Shown piece after piece: positions 1 through 12,245 of a DNA stretch of 54,066 bases (position 1 is the first letter of the stretch; each line of letters opens with the position of its first letter). The position numbers and the translations under genes were made by a program. Origin of the DNA: Nemertoderma westbladi (Eukaryota > Animalia > Xenacoelomorpha); NCBI GenBank assembly GCA_032718475.1, contig JAUCBJ010004747.1, forward strand, positions 1-54,066, read 5' to 3'. The notes beneath the pieces are model-generated. The model was given only the letters and a program-made list of their open reading frames with translations. It did no database searches and was not told the origin of the DNA.

Positions 1-13
1 AACCAGTAACACG

Positions 14-835
14 ATGAGATCGGATAAGGGAACGAACTTCATTGGCGCCAATAACGAAATTCAAGCTTACGTAAAGGACTGGAACAAAAGACAGGTGGAC
101 GATCAGCTAAGGATAACAGCGTCTAGCTGGACCTTCAACGCCGCCGATGCCCCTTGGTGGGGAGGAAGTTGGGAGAGATTGATTAGGAGCGTGAAGACTG
201 CGTTCCACTTTATTTTGCCTTGTCGCGCTTATCTCACCGACGAACTATTGCGGACGTTAATGGAGGAAATCGCCGCCTATCTCAACGAAAGACCACTTAT
301 GCCAGTCTCTTCAAGTCCTGATTCCCTGGAAGCGCTAACACCCGCGCACTTTCTACTGAAGAAGCCCGTAGCCATGCTCCCACGATCGGAGATCACAGAC
401 GGAGACGAGCACTGCCGTCGAACCTGGCAACTTATGCAGTTGCTATCCCGTCGTTTCGCTGACCATTTCGAGAAACATTACCTGCCCACTCTACAACTTC
501 GAACTAAGTGGTTTGCGCAGCAAGAAAACGTCAGCGCTGGAGACATGGTGCTTATTGTGGACCCCTATCTCCCACGTAAGCGATGGCAAACAGGTCGTAT
601 CATCAAGACTCATATCTCGAGCGATGGTTTGGTGCGATCAGTAGAACTCGTCGTCATGCGGCGTAACTTTAAGAAACCAGGGATAGTCTTTGAGACTCAA
701 CAGCTCAATCGCCCAGTGGGTCGTTTATGTTTGCTGGGAAGAGACAGAGAGCTCTCCGGAAACTATGGAAGACAAGAAACTCTTCCCACGACCACTTCCC
801 TAATCCAACCAACACCTAGGGACTCCCCAACTTAA
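14..835 (+). CDS. BEL/Pao LTR retrotransposon Pol C-terminus (integrase core plus DUF5641-like domain); frame is open from the window edge
   Basis: Motifs typical of BEL/Pao integrases: SDKGTNFIGA, W-x-F-N-x3-APWWGGSWERLIRSVK, LNERPL, LTPAHFL, YLPTLQ-x-R-x-KW, W-x2-GRI...DGLVRSV, RPV. Confidence 0.93.
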   Translation: MRSDKGTNFIGANNEIQAYVKDWNKRQVDDQLRITASSWTFNAADAPWWGGSWERLIRSVKTAFHFILPCRAYLTDELLRTLMEEIAAYLNERPLMPVSSSPDSLEALTPAHFLLKKPVAMLPRSEITDGDEHCRRTWQLMQLLSRRFADHFEKHYLPTLQLRTKWFAQQENVSAGDMVLIVDPYLPRKRWQTGRIIKTHISSDGLVRSVELVVMRRNFKKPGIVFETQQLNRPVGRLCLLGRDRELSGNYGRQETLPTTTSLIQPTPRDSPT

Positions 836-853
836 TATCGTTCGGAGTGGGCG

Positions 854-1257
854 TGTGACTCTATTATTTTATATTATTTTATTATTTTTATATTTATGTA
901 TGTATTACTATGTAATTTTATTATAATCGTTTTATTTAATTTAGTAGAATATTATTTAGCGATTATTTAGTAGAATAGTGCAATATATTCGTGTTTATTA
1001 TGTACGTAATTACTTATATTATATTTAGTGCGACGGCGAAGAAATAATTATTTTTTCTCTTTCCTTACTGTCCGTATTATATTATAAATACGTAACTACA
1101 GTAAGATGAAATGTCCGTACTTATTAAAGTACAATAAAGCCACTACTATATTAAAGTATTATTGGTAGGCAGAGTATTAGGAATGCAAAGTTCAGATCCT
1201 CGTGTCTCAGCTAAACCAAGCTCTGGGTAGACCTTGGAAACGACTTGCCTCTTTACA
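854..1257 (+). mobile_element. Putative 3' LTR of the BEL/Pao element
   Basis: Purine-rich GGAGTGGGCG (PPT-like) just after the pol stop, followed by TGT; AT-rich body with AATAAA near 1134; candidate ...TTTACA end at 1257. The 5' LTR is outside the window, so the right end is uncertain. Confidence 0.55.
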
Positions 1258-1351
1258 CTGACATTGCTTCGTGCGATATTGCTCTCATACCGTATATTAA
1301 ATAATACATATAGTAGCATGATGTCCATTTAACAGTAGCGTATAACGCAAA

Positions 1352-1670
1352 ATAAATCTGTTAAACCCTTTGACCATCTGTAATTCTAGTCGATTAAGAT
1401 ATCGTGGCACCCACCGATATACTTGAAAGACAAATTCTAGAATCAGTGGTTAACGTCCCCAGACAAGTTCTGGAATAAATCGGTGCCCATCTCAAATATT
1501 AATTATTTAATATTTGCAAATCTAATAAATCAAAATCTGTAAAATTCAGATCCTTCGACAATTCTAGTCAATTAAGATATTGTAGCATTTACCGATATCC
1601 TTAAAAGACAATTGTCATAGAATTAAGGATCTTGTGTCCCCAGACATGTTCTAGAATCAAAATATGTCAA
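1352..1670. repeat. Diverged direct repeat pair, period about 180 bp
   Basis: AAATCTGT...AATTCTAGTC(G/A)ATTAAGATAT...ACCGATAT...AAAGACAA...GTCCCCAGACA..TTCT occurs twice. Confidence 0.7.
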
Positions 1671-4268
1671 TTTAATTATCAAATAATAAAATTTCAGGGA
1701 ATAAATTTAAATTCATGTCTCTTAATGAATTTAATAAATTGCCATTTTTACGCAATTTATACATTCCCAAAATTCCATTAATTAATAGATCAAGGGAGCG
1801 GAGATTTATCTTATTATGCGTATGAGTGTGCGAAAGTCTCCCAAACATAGTCAATAGCCGATATAATTCATAAAGTCATGTATAAAACAGGACATTGACT
1901 ATTAAAGAATTACTATTAAATAACATCCCAGATCTGTATGCATTGGAATTACCCTAATTCTACCGCTAGCTTGTCCCATTGAATAGCATAGGGAATAAAT
2001 AGTGCACTGATAGTATCCAAGGATACATAATAATACAGTGACATTCTGGAAGGCATTGACTAACGGACAAGTGACCCGAGTGTGTGTAATTTGTGACAAG
2101 TTGTGTGTGTGGTATTTGTGAGTTTATAGGCGAATGTTACTACTAAGGTGTGTTTACAGTAGCGAGTCGCAATTGTGAAAGTAACCCTAACTCTCCAGTA
2201 AGAACCTGAGGTGTATCTAAGCCTTTGGGACGGACAGTCGAGTGACTTGTACCGGTTGTCGTTGTCATTGTGCGGCTACGTCGTTGGCGAAAGTACAGCA
2301 GCGACGACACATCGGTGCTGAGGATCTTGCACTGTCCGGGGGCGGATTGGGGTAGGCAGCGACGCTCGCTAGCCTAAATATAAACTCATTATAATATTAA
2401 TAAACTCATATATAGCAGATATGACGGAGTTGATAGAAGATGGTCTTGGTATCAGGGAGCGATATAATCTACTTTCAAGCGTTTGTTGATAGCTTGATAC
2501 GCGGTGATACTAGTCCAACTACTACGAAGGATGATGGTTGTTATATCGAACCTACGATTTCCTGGAAGTAACTTACGCGTGAATTGGACTATGGAAAATT
2601 CACCGCTCGCTACACGCATTGTAATGGTATGTATATGGACTTCTTAACCATTGGCCATTCTATCGATTTACACGATACGGACTATGTCGAACATATCCTA
2701 CCCAGAGGAGTCGAAACGATAAACCAAAATTCTAATGCGAAAATCCTATTCGAAATCGACTCGAAAGAAAAGACATTAAAGAAACAAATAAACGCGGTAA
2801 CTCCAACATATATTTGGAATTCTTGATAGAAGCATTGTAACAACAAATAAATATCATCCGCGTTTCCCCTACAAGACGTGAGTCTTTGGTATTATTACGA
2901 TAAATGCCCTAGACCAACCAACAAACGGAAAGACATGAACACCAGTGGAGACGTTGCTTTGAACGCGGTTTGCTCGCTGTGTTTGCGGGAGTTTCGGGAG
3001 AAACTTGTTCGATGTGTTACCCACGCTCTCTCGACGCAGGCGATCCTTGAGTAGACCTATGATCTGAGTTCCGGAATACTCGGTCAAACCTCCTCATTCC
3101 TTAGTTGGACCTCAGACCTGCGATCCTGGTGGTGTCGCGGATCCTCGCGGACTGTATTCACTGTTCAAAGATCTAGTGCTACCCTAACAATTAATCGGTA
3201 ACACTCCGACAGTGATTTCTAGCTAGCTGCCCATCTTACCTAGCCGGATTGTGACGCGGACGCCTAATATCACTATCCAACCGTATGGTCGTCCCGGTTT
3301 AACGCGATACAACCCTTTATCAAGGTGAAGGAGAACGTTGTGCGAAACGAATTAAACGCTATTCTACAAAGATCAAAAGAAACCTGCGTTTGTTCAGATA
3401 AACGTAAGTTATAACAGTAAGTCCAATCGATAAACGAATTGGCCTTATCTCAGTTCGATTGGGAAATCTCGAATCTCTAAGAAGATATCAAGCTTAGAAA
3501 ACCCTATTCTCTGCGAGAGTTTTGTACGAACGTATCCCATGACAAGCGGAGGAAAATCAGCTCGAGGAGAAGCATATCGAAATGGACGAGACACCGATCG
3601 TAACCCTGCACCTTCTGATGCAATTATATTGCACCCTTCGCCTAGGAGCTACAGCCCTCCTCGTAAAGTGGCTCGCCCCAAAGAGAAAAAGACTCTGGCT
3701 AGCTTTAAAAAACTGCGTAAACGCCGTCCGCGCAAGAAAGACTAACTGTTTAGAGTATTTATGTATATTAGAAATTGTGATTTTGTATATTTTATAGACT
3801 TAAATCCCATTTTCTGGGAGCGGTGTAAAAGCTTTTGTGGGATAACTGATTCGTTTGCCTTGCTAACCAGTTCCCCCCAGGCGCTGGAATACTCTAAAAA
3901 GGGATCTATAACACGAATAGTGCAAGCTACCGGCTGATTGGCTGATTTGCTGTGCGAAGGGATCTGGGCTACGTTTGATCGTCCAACCAGCTTGGGAAGG
4001 TTGCCCCACAGCCCTGCTTTCTGTATCTGCCAATAGGATTTGAGTTGGTTTTGATTTCGACCTATCACAGATCTACTGAACTGAATTTTCCTATCTGTAT
4101 GCTCATTCTCTGTGGTGGGTGGAAGCTTTTGTAAATAAGGTTATTCTTATCAGTTTTTAGTGTTGTTGGTGATTCTAAGCCAGGAGAGAACGGCTTGGAA
4201 ATATTTTGTGCCTTTCTGTTTTTAGCTTAACACTAGTAGGCTTAATTATAAGGACATATATCCGTTAT

Positions 4269-4345
4269 CAAACTAATGAACAAACTAATGAACAAACTAA
4301 TGAACAATCTAATGAACAAACTAATGAACAAACTGATGAACTAAC
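4269..4345. repeat. 12-bp tandem repeat CAAACTAATGAA, about 6 copies
   Basis: Directly visible. Confidence 0.9.
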
Positions 4346-5572
4346 TAACAACACTTAATATCTTACTGACACTGCATACTGTGTAACACTGTGCATACTT
4401 TATATTGTTATACTGCTATTTGCTGTCGGTCCTTCATAATATGGTTGATGAATTATTATATTTGGAATAACGATAAATAACCCCGAAAACCCAATATTCT
4501 TGATATACCGAAGGTAAGAGAGAAAGGTTACATATAACGATTGTGACTTATGTTAAAGTGGTTTGAAGTGAATCTAATGTTATTTGATAGACCCTACATG
4601 ATTCGGTCCGTGTTCCTTTTATATGTGACTAAAATCAGTGAAGATCGGCAGATTAGTGTGCAGTATTGTGCAGCATTGTGTATGAGTGAGACTGATAACG
4701 AAGCATTTCCTAAAGAATGCGCCATATATGTGAATTATAACTAAGCCATATCGTTGTGAGTAGTTTAAGTCATAACTCTGTTTATATAGATAGAGCGCCA
4801 CGTCCTAAAGGAACTGTTAATATTCCCCGAAGGTGAATAATATTGTCAGAGATTATATAATACTGTCAGTCGAATAATACATTAGGCTTACATAGCAATA
4901 AGATTAAGCCGTCGAACCCAATCTCCCGGGTATATCCAGCGGGTGAATGATCGCGCACAGATTGGTTTCGACTAGTGTAGTGAATCAAATACTTGTCATA
5001 GGCTAAAAGTGATTTATTATCTAAAAGACATCCTAATTTGGCGGGTTAAACTGCCAAAGGTCTGAAAGCGCGAACAAACAGAGATCAGTGACAAGTATCT
5101 GTTTGAACTCTAGTGTGTATGAACAGGTTCAAAAAGCTTATGCTTTCTTACCTTATCAACATTAAACAATAATGCCTCTACCGGGATTAATTTTCCAGCA
5201 TATTTTGGGTTGGCAAAGTTTCTATACCGTTTGAAATTTAAAACAGAGTCAGTTTCACCTCCCCCCCCCCCCCCCCCCTTACTGGGTGAGCCAGAATTTT
5301 AATTTTTGCTTTCATTCTTTAGCTACAAGCTTTTGAAAATAGTGTCTCCGGCGAAATTGCACCAGTCACACCACAGTTATTCTTCAACCTTATTATGAAG
5401 TTAATTGTTAGTACTAATTTAAAGCTAGTCGTACAAGGATTCCAAAAATGTAAAAACATTTGAAATTGGTTGGTAAATAGCTGAGATACGGGCGCTAGAA
5501 AGTTACATGTATTTGCATCCGCACTGGGCTATTTTATTCTATTTAATAAATACACAATGGAAGATCTTCACT

Positions 5573-6298
5573 ATGGTGTCAAACATCAAAAATAAAAGAT
5601 TAACCATCGATAACGAGAAGCTTCTATTAGACAATCTACGAACAATGACCTCAATGTTCGCTAACACCCTCGGTAAACTGGCCGACGCCAGACAACAATC
5701 TATCCAAGCAAAGGATGATCTACTGCTCAATATAAAGAATCAAGTTAAGTTAACCCAACAAGGAAAACCTTCCTATAGAGATGTCATAGTTACACAAGGG
5801 CGTAATCCTACAGCGCGACCATCCGCCCATGGCAGAACGGCTACTGCGACTGGCACCCCGCCAACTCGCCCGCGCCAAGCGGTCCAACGCGGGCGCAAAT
5901 TGGGTGGTTCCTTACGCGTAGCTACCCCTCCGACACGTCCAACACCAAATGAGTCCGGCACGGTGGCGCCCCGGAAAGCGCACATATTCATCGGCCGATT
6001 CGATAAAACCGAAACTCACGAACGAATCGCCAACGAGCTGAAATTATTGGATCTCCCCTTCGACGAGGTAATCCCACTCCCGATATATCCAGAGTCAACC
6101 TGCGCCAGCTTTCACCTGGTATGCGATCAGCAACACCGAGAGGCCCTTATGGACCCCGACAATTGGGACACGGGGGTCTCCATAAAGAATTACCGAATGA
6201 CAAACCCGGAACGCGTGAAGTTCGGACTACAACCAAGAATCACCCATCATCTACCTAATACAGCGGTGGTGAATGCAAGAGGAGATGAGACTGCCTGA
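5573..6298 (+). CDS. LINE ORF1 protein, 5'-truncated
   Basis: C-terminal IFIGRF...SFHLVC...LMDPDNWDTGVSIKNY resembles the conserved ORF1 C-terminal domain of CR1/L2/Jockey-group LINEs. The ORF-track start at 5507 lies in flanking MITE DNA; the first ATG inside the element is 5573. Confidence 0.75.
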   Translation: MVSNIKNKRLTIDNEKLLLDNLRTMTSMFANTLGKLADARQQSIQAKDDLLLNIKNQVKLTQQGKPSYRDVIVTQGRNPTARPSAHGRTATATGTPPTRPRQAVQRGRKLGGSLRVATPPTRPTPNESGTVAPRKAHIFIGRFDKTETHERIANELKLLDLPFDEVIPLPIYPESTCASFHLVCDQQHREALMDPDNWDTGVSIKNYRMTNPERVKFGLQPRITHHLPNTAVVNARGDETA

Positions 6299-9273
6299 CA
6301 GATTCACACATCAAACAAAACTCTCAGTAGCGATACTCAAGCAAACTCTTTTGGACGAACAACTCCACGTAGGACTCCTACAACAGGTTACACGGATCGA
6401 ATTATCAACACAGAACAACTATCACTGGCGACATGGAATGTCGAGGGATTAAAAACAGTCGTTGACTTGTCCCACAACGACCACATATTTAATTGCGATA
6501 TTTTACTACTAACTGAGACAATGGTAGTTGATACTCTAGAAATTCCGGGGTTTTACACATTCGAATCGAAGGCTAAGGATCCGCAAGGAAGGGGTAGACC
6601 TTCAGGTGGCATCGCAATATACATGAAGCCGCAACTTAATCCCCGACTAATAGCTAAAGAAGACAACTTTGTAATAGTAAATTCAAATAACGGCATATAC
6701 ATATGCTGTTACCTGCCGCCTCAATTATCTACCGAGGATTTTATAGATTCCGTTTTAGACATTCTAGACAATATCCCAACCAATCACATTGGCCATATTA
6801 CTATTGGCGGTGATTTTAACGCTCGCTTTGATTTAGACGAAAATCCAAAAGCTATAGTTCTAACTGAATTAATGCCAATCACATTGGCCATATTACTATT
6901 GGCGGTGATTTTAACGCTCGCTTTGATTTAGACGAAAATCCAAAAGCTATAGTTCTAACTGAATTAATGGAGGATTTAAATCTCTCTCTTCAAACGGACC
7001 CATCAGTGAAAACCTATTTTTGCCATAACGGTAGCAGCACCATCGACGTAATATTCGCGAACAAGCAACCTATTGAAACTAGTTATACCCCAAACCCACT
7101 TCGGAAACATGTGCCAATAATTTCATACTGGGACTATGTAACTTCGCTTACTTCAATAGACAACACTCCCACCAGTAAAAGGAAACGCGAATTAGACCTC
7201 AGGAAACTGCTAGAAGATGTTAGGTTATTGCGGTGTTATGACCAGTTGGAGGAGGGCGATGTAGATGGGGCATACGACAACATTTCGGCGGCTATCTGGG
7301 AGTCTGCGCCTGAGATAAAAACCAGGAAGCGTTTTGCGAAGCCATGGTTCGATTCTGACTGTTTTTCTAAACGCAAAGAAGTCATAAGCTTAAACTCGGC
7401 CGCTAAACTAAACCAATCTGTGAGAGAAGAGCTATGTAAAGCAAAGCGCGAATATAAGCAACTACTTAAACTGAAACTTCTCGAGTACACCACCAGAAGA
7501 GAGTCAAAACTTATCGCTGAGGCAGAACAAAATCCATACAAATGGACTAAGAAAAGGAAGTCTGCAGCTAGCTGTCCAGTCCCATTGGAGATATGGGAGG
7601 ACCACTTCTCAGAAATCCTCAGAAGCAACCCTAGTTCCGAAATCCGGTTAGAAGACGATCCTATCGATGATCCTGCTGACGACATCCTTCCATTTACATA
7701 TGAAGAAGTTGAAGAAATCATTACCGGAAAACCGGCAGGCAAATCAGGTGGCCCCGATAATCTACCTTACGAACTTTTAAAATCATCTCTTCCAGCAACT
7801 CTAATGCTACTAACCATGCTATTTAACGTTTGTCTTGCAACCAGCTCACTAGTATCTTCATGGAAATCAAGTTTGTTGATGGTACTATTTAAAGGGAAAG
7901 GTTCACGAGTTGAGCCGGACTCATATCGAGGCATCGCGTTATTATGCAATATGTTCAAAATATTTACTGGTCTGATAGCAAAACGCCTTCGGAACATCGC
8001 TTCGCACCTAATCCCACCGGAACAGTTCGGTTTTATGCCAGGTAAAAGTACATCAGCACCAATTCGACAGTTTATCAACCGTATCCACTCTAACCTCTCG
8101 ATGCCAAGGAAACCTCTGTACGCCGTATATGTCGATTTCCAAAAAGCTTTCGACTCGGTTCCGCGCTCAAGGCTCCTATTCAAACTGCGGGTTTATTTTG
8201 GAATTAAAGGAAACATGTACCAGATAATAAAATCAATATTGAAAGTAAATTACCTTCAGATATTTGACGGCCTCCGAAAATCGAACATTGTAGAACAAAC
8301 CCGTGGTGTCTTGCAGGGAGACAGTATCAGCCCTTTATTCTTCATAATGTTTATTTTTGATATCGTCAGTTGTCTGAAAACCGCTGTGATGAATATTGGG
8401 GAATTAATCATCCTACTTTTTGCCGACGATCTCTTATTTTATGGGGACACAAGAGAAGTTATTCAAGCGGGTCTAGATGCTGTTGCTCGGTGGGCAGCAG
8501 AAAACGGTTTACAAGTAAACCTTACGAAAACCAAGATTATGAAATTTCGCCGTGGTGGACGTTTATGTACCGCAGATAAATTCTATTTCAACAGTTCCCC
8601 GGTGTCTATTGTTAATTCCTACCAATATCTTGGCGTGACCTTTCAAAGTTCATTAACCTTTACAAAACATATAACAAAAATTATGTGTAAAGCCCTATCA
8701 GCGATATACTCAATCAACAAACCAAATATTTTATCACTCCAGACCGCAATAAAACTGTTCAAACTCAAAATAAGCCCAATTGTACTTTACGGTTTCCGTG
8801 AGATTTGGCCGTTTCTATCTGTCACCAACATGGTCACACTCGATAAAATTAAAGCCGCCTACCTTAAGAAAGTATGTTGTCTACACAAATCTACCTCAAA
8901 TCGTCTCGTCACAGCTATCTGCAACGAAAACACCTTGATATCTGAATTTGTTCAGCTCCTAAATCTACCTCACACACCCGTATACAAGCAATACCTGATT
9001 CTCATAAACGGAAAAATACAAGAGATTAATCCCCAATTTTGGAACTCACTGGCATTTACAAACCCCAGATGGCAGGACCCAAACTACACCAACCGACATA
9101 TAATAACCCGCTTCAGCACTAACGGCTTCCACTACAAGATTTGCACTAACTCGAGTTACCATGAGGCGCAAGACAGCTGTATATGTTCACTGTGCGGGGG
9201 GGCGGCCACATTATACCATCTGCTCGAATGCCCTGCAAATCTCCGACCTTTGTGTTCCTGGGCAAGGTCCTAA
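6299..9273 (+). pseudogene. LINE ORF2 (AP endonuclease + reverse transcriptase), frameshifted by a 95-bp tandem duplication
   Basis: EN motifs TWNVEG, LTET, GRPSGGIAIY, GGDFNAR, STIDVIF; RT motifs YRGIALL, QFGF, VDFQKAFDSV, GVLQGDSISP, FADD; C-terminal CSLC-x7-HLLEC. Duplicated copies at 6780-6874 and 6875-6969. Confidence 0.92.
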
Positions 9274-9802
9274 CTATTCAAATAATTTTACCGTTTATTT
9301 ATTTATTAAAGTAATTATGTTTTTATTGTAAATTTGAATTTGATCTAATTTTAATTAATGACCATATCGCCTATTTGCCAGTATTTGGCGTAATAATAAA
9401 TAATAATAATAAATACACAATGTTCTAGAACATTTCGATTATGTATGAATATCCATATACTAGTATAATCATTTAGGCTTTGCATTGTTGCGAAACTATT
9501 TATGAGATAAACAAAATGTTCTAGAACATTGTGTATTTATTAAATGGAATAAATGGCCTGCAGCGGAATCAAATACATGCAAATTTCGAATGCCCATATC
9601 TCAGCTATTTCCCAACCAAATTCAAATATTATTAAATATTAGGAATCCTTGCACGGTCAGCTTTCCAATAGTACCATAAAATCACTAAAAGTTTGAAGAA
9701 TAACCATGGTGTAACTAGTGCAATATCGACGGAGACACTTTTTTTTAAACGTTTGTAGCTAAAGAATGAAAGTGAAAATAAAAATTCTGGCTCACCCACT
9801 AA

Positions 9803-10025
9803 AGGCCATGATACACCACAGGAGTGGCGAGCGGCAGCGGCGGGCGGCCGCGGCGAGCGGCCGTTGTGAGCGGCGACTTTTAGTATGATACACTATAGGA
9901 GCGGCCAGCGGCAGCAGCCATTTGTGGTGTATCATCACCCATAGAAAATAATGTGTTCTATTTTTATAAAGTGGCCGCTTGCCGCGGCCGCTGCCGCTCG
10001 CCGCTCCTGTGGTGTATCATGGCCT
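9803..10025. mobile_element. PIF/Harbinger-type MITE (223 bp)
   Basis: TIR AGGCCATGATACACCACAGGAG / CTCCTGTGGTGTATCATGGCCT; TAA TSD at 9800-9802 and 10026-10028; the host element's other arm shows the empty site. Confidence 0.9.
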
Positions 10026-11021
10026 TAAGGAGGAGGGAGATGAAACTAACTCTGTTTCAAATTTCATGCAATCTCATTAATACTGTATTTGTAGAAAAAT
10101 TTGGGTGGGGAGGGCATGTACCAGAATAACGACACTATATTCCAGGACATGGTGTATTAAATGAATGGTTAATTATAGTAAATAAAATAATATAATATTA
10201 TTAAGAAGCTTTTTTTGATTAGACGCCATTTGAAATGTCCAAATATTATTACATACATAATAAATTACAAAATATTGCTTACTGAGGTATATTTCAACTA
10301 ATAAGATACAAACATTGTCTTACTACCCATAATATTCATTGGAATTCCTATATAGCCCATTGTAAAACTTTCAGCCTACGCTAATTTTGCCTAAATCTCG
10401 GCTGCATGGCCTGTATTAAAGGACGCCTTGGGTCTGCATGTATGTTTTGGTTTGGGTATGTGTGGGGTGCGTGTTACCTCTTTCCTTTGTACAGTATGTG
10501 GTCGTATATGGGTATGTGCGCTGTTCTTCTTTCCTTTGTGAGTCTGTTGTACAAATTGAATTATAATTTATCGGCAAGAGGGCTCCCATAAGCTTCGATT
10601 TGTTGCCCAATTTTCCTCTCATTTGGATAATAAATTTTAAATAAATAAAAACAAAAAAATTAATACCGCCACTTTTACCTCCATTATATTATTAATCACA
10701 CCATTATTGAGAGTAAGCGCTTATTAATTGTTATATTAAATTGGTTGCTTCAGTGATGCCGGGATTGGATATGGTTAAATATTTGTTCATCTTTTCACTT
10801 CGGACTAACCCAGAAACGGAATTATGATTTAGTTTTTTCGGTTTTGTTTTCTTATAGACAGACGGTCTTCTATTAGCCAGCTTGATAGGCTTTCTAGTTT
10901 AATACTAAAGATTAAAATGATAGGTGATAATTAATATGATAATTATGATAATTAATATATTTGCATCAACCATCAAAAACAAACAAATAATAATATTGTA
11001 TAGAAGGGGATAGCAACTGGT

Positions 11022-11319
11022 TAGGGTGGTCCTTATTTCACTTAGTGATATTTTTTTGCTCCATCAGACAACAACATGATTTGATTCCAATTTTGATTCC
11101 AATGAACCTAATGTTGTTTTGAAGATGTCTATGTCTACCCCAACTAAGTCAACTATTGTGGTTCAATGATACTAATATCATTTATAATTATGTCACAAAA
11201 AATCACTAAAGTTATAAACCATTAATGGTAATGGAAAACAATGCATGTTTTCGCGCGATTTAGCAAAAAATATCACAAAAAAACCGAAATTCCAAAAAGG
11301 TGAACTAAGGACCACTCTA
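11022..11319. mobile_element. MITE with TAGGGTGGTCCTTA...TAAGGACCACTCTA termini, probably a TA target
   Basis: Terminal inverted repeats; the termini resemble those of the foldback at 26010-27466. Confidence 0.65.
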
Positions 11320-11373
11320 TTAGAGATGTCAATGTTTATTTAGGAGTTTGCTGAGTTAAGGAGTTGCTGGTAG

Positions 11374-12030
11374 TCAATAGAAACCAATTGGAATTGCTAC
11401 TGCCATTACAACAGCTGTAACGGCTCCATTGGCACGATTTGCCCAACTTGTAGTCGCATATGTTTCTGCTGTAGTTGAAGGTTCTGTTGTGGTTGTAGTC
11501 GTTGTCGTAGTAACCGGAACAAACGCGGGATCATTCCAATCAACATCTCCATTGGCAACCAGGTAGTCGTTTTCCCAGACGCGGTCTGCTCCTATTTTAT
11601 TGCACTCGTCCGATCCGTGACAGCAAACTGTCTGACAACTTTGTCGCGTAAATTCGATTCTGTCTTCGTTTTCCACCTTAGAGAACCTGTCGATCCAGAA
11701 TTGCTTGCATTCTTCTTCATCGGTGTAGTCTTCGCAAGTCGACGTCGTCCAGCAATCTTCTATCCTGGTATAAACCAGGGCTTTTATCTCTTTGTTATTA
11801 AGTGTAGATATGCCTAGGTATTGGGCGAAGAATAAGCGACATGAGGTGCATTCCGTTGTATTGACACCCTGCATATCAACGTACCATGGGGCATCTGCTG
11901 AAATGTCGGGGCGCGATGACTTATAAGTAGCCATGACGTACTCATCCATACAAGAAATTCCAGCTACTTGTACAACCTCTTCTGTAACTATAGAAACAGC
12001 GACCATCAGTAGCGTATAAGCATACTCCAT
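11374..12030 (-). CDS. Putative secreted, GPI-anchored Ly6/uPAR (three-finger)-like protein, 218 aa, intronless
   Basis: Hydrophobic N-terminus; 10 Cys ending in CCHGSDECN (LU-domain CC-x(n)-CN signature); poly-Thr stalk; hydrophobic C-terminal tail AVTAVVMAVAIPIGFY. Confidence 0.75.
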   Translation of the reverse strand: MEYAYTLLMVAVSIVTEEVVQVAGISCMDEYVMATYKSSRPDISADAPWYVDMQGVNTTECTSCRLFFAQYLGISTLNNKEIKALVYTRIEDCWTTSTCEDYTDEEECKQFWIDRFSKVENEDRIEFTRQSCQTVCCHGSDECNKIGADRVWENDYLVANGDVDWNDPAFVPVTTTTTTTTTEPSTTAETYATTSWANRANGAVTAVVMAVAIPIGFY

Positions 12031-12245
12031 ATTTAATATTTATGTTGCCGCGTAGATGTGTGCGTGACAAATTAAAAATGGTTATTGACACAATTATGAT
12101 AGTTTATTTTACTTTATTCTTAAATTGATAATTTAATCGTTTTTTTTTAAGAAAACGAGTTTCGAATCTGGTAAAAATGCAAATTAATTTAGAAATGGAC
12201 AAAGAAAAATTTAAGATAGAAAATCATTAAGACTATATGAAGACT

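Larger units (their letters stand above)
5560..9406 (+). mobile_element. 5'-truncated two-ORF non-LTR retrotransposon (APE + RT + C-terminal Cys/His motif; RTEX/CR1-group-like) with (TAA)n tail
   Basis: 16-bp TSD TAATAAATACACAATG at 5544-5559 and 9407-9422; TAA-repeat tail; ORF1 and ORF2 present. Confidence 0.92.
5232..10066. mobile_element. Foldback/MITE-like non-autonomous DNA element with long imperfect inverted arms, split by a LINE and a second MITE
   Basis: Left arm 5232-5559 (continuing at 9423-9436) is the reverse complement of 9513-9802 plus 10029-10066, e.g. GGGTGAGCCAGAATTTT / AAAATTCTGGCTCACCC. Related fragments near 48280-48470 and 49265-49310. Confidence 0.8.

Noticed and set aside
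7236-8183. Minus-strand ORFs of 168 and 138 aa
   Set aside because: Antisense shadows of the LINE ORF2.
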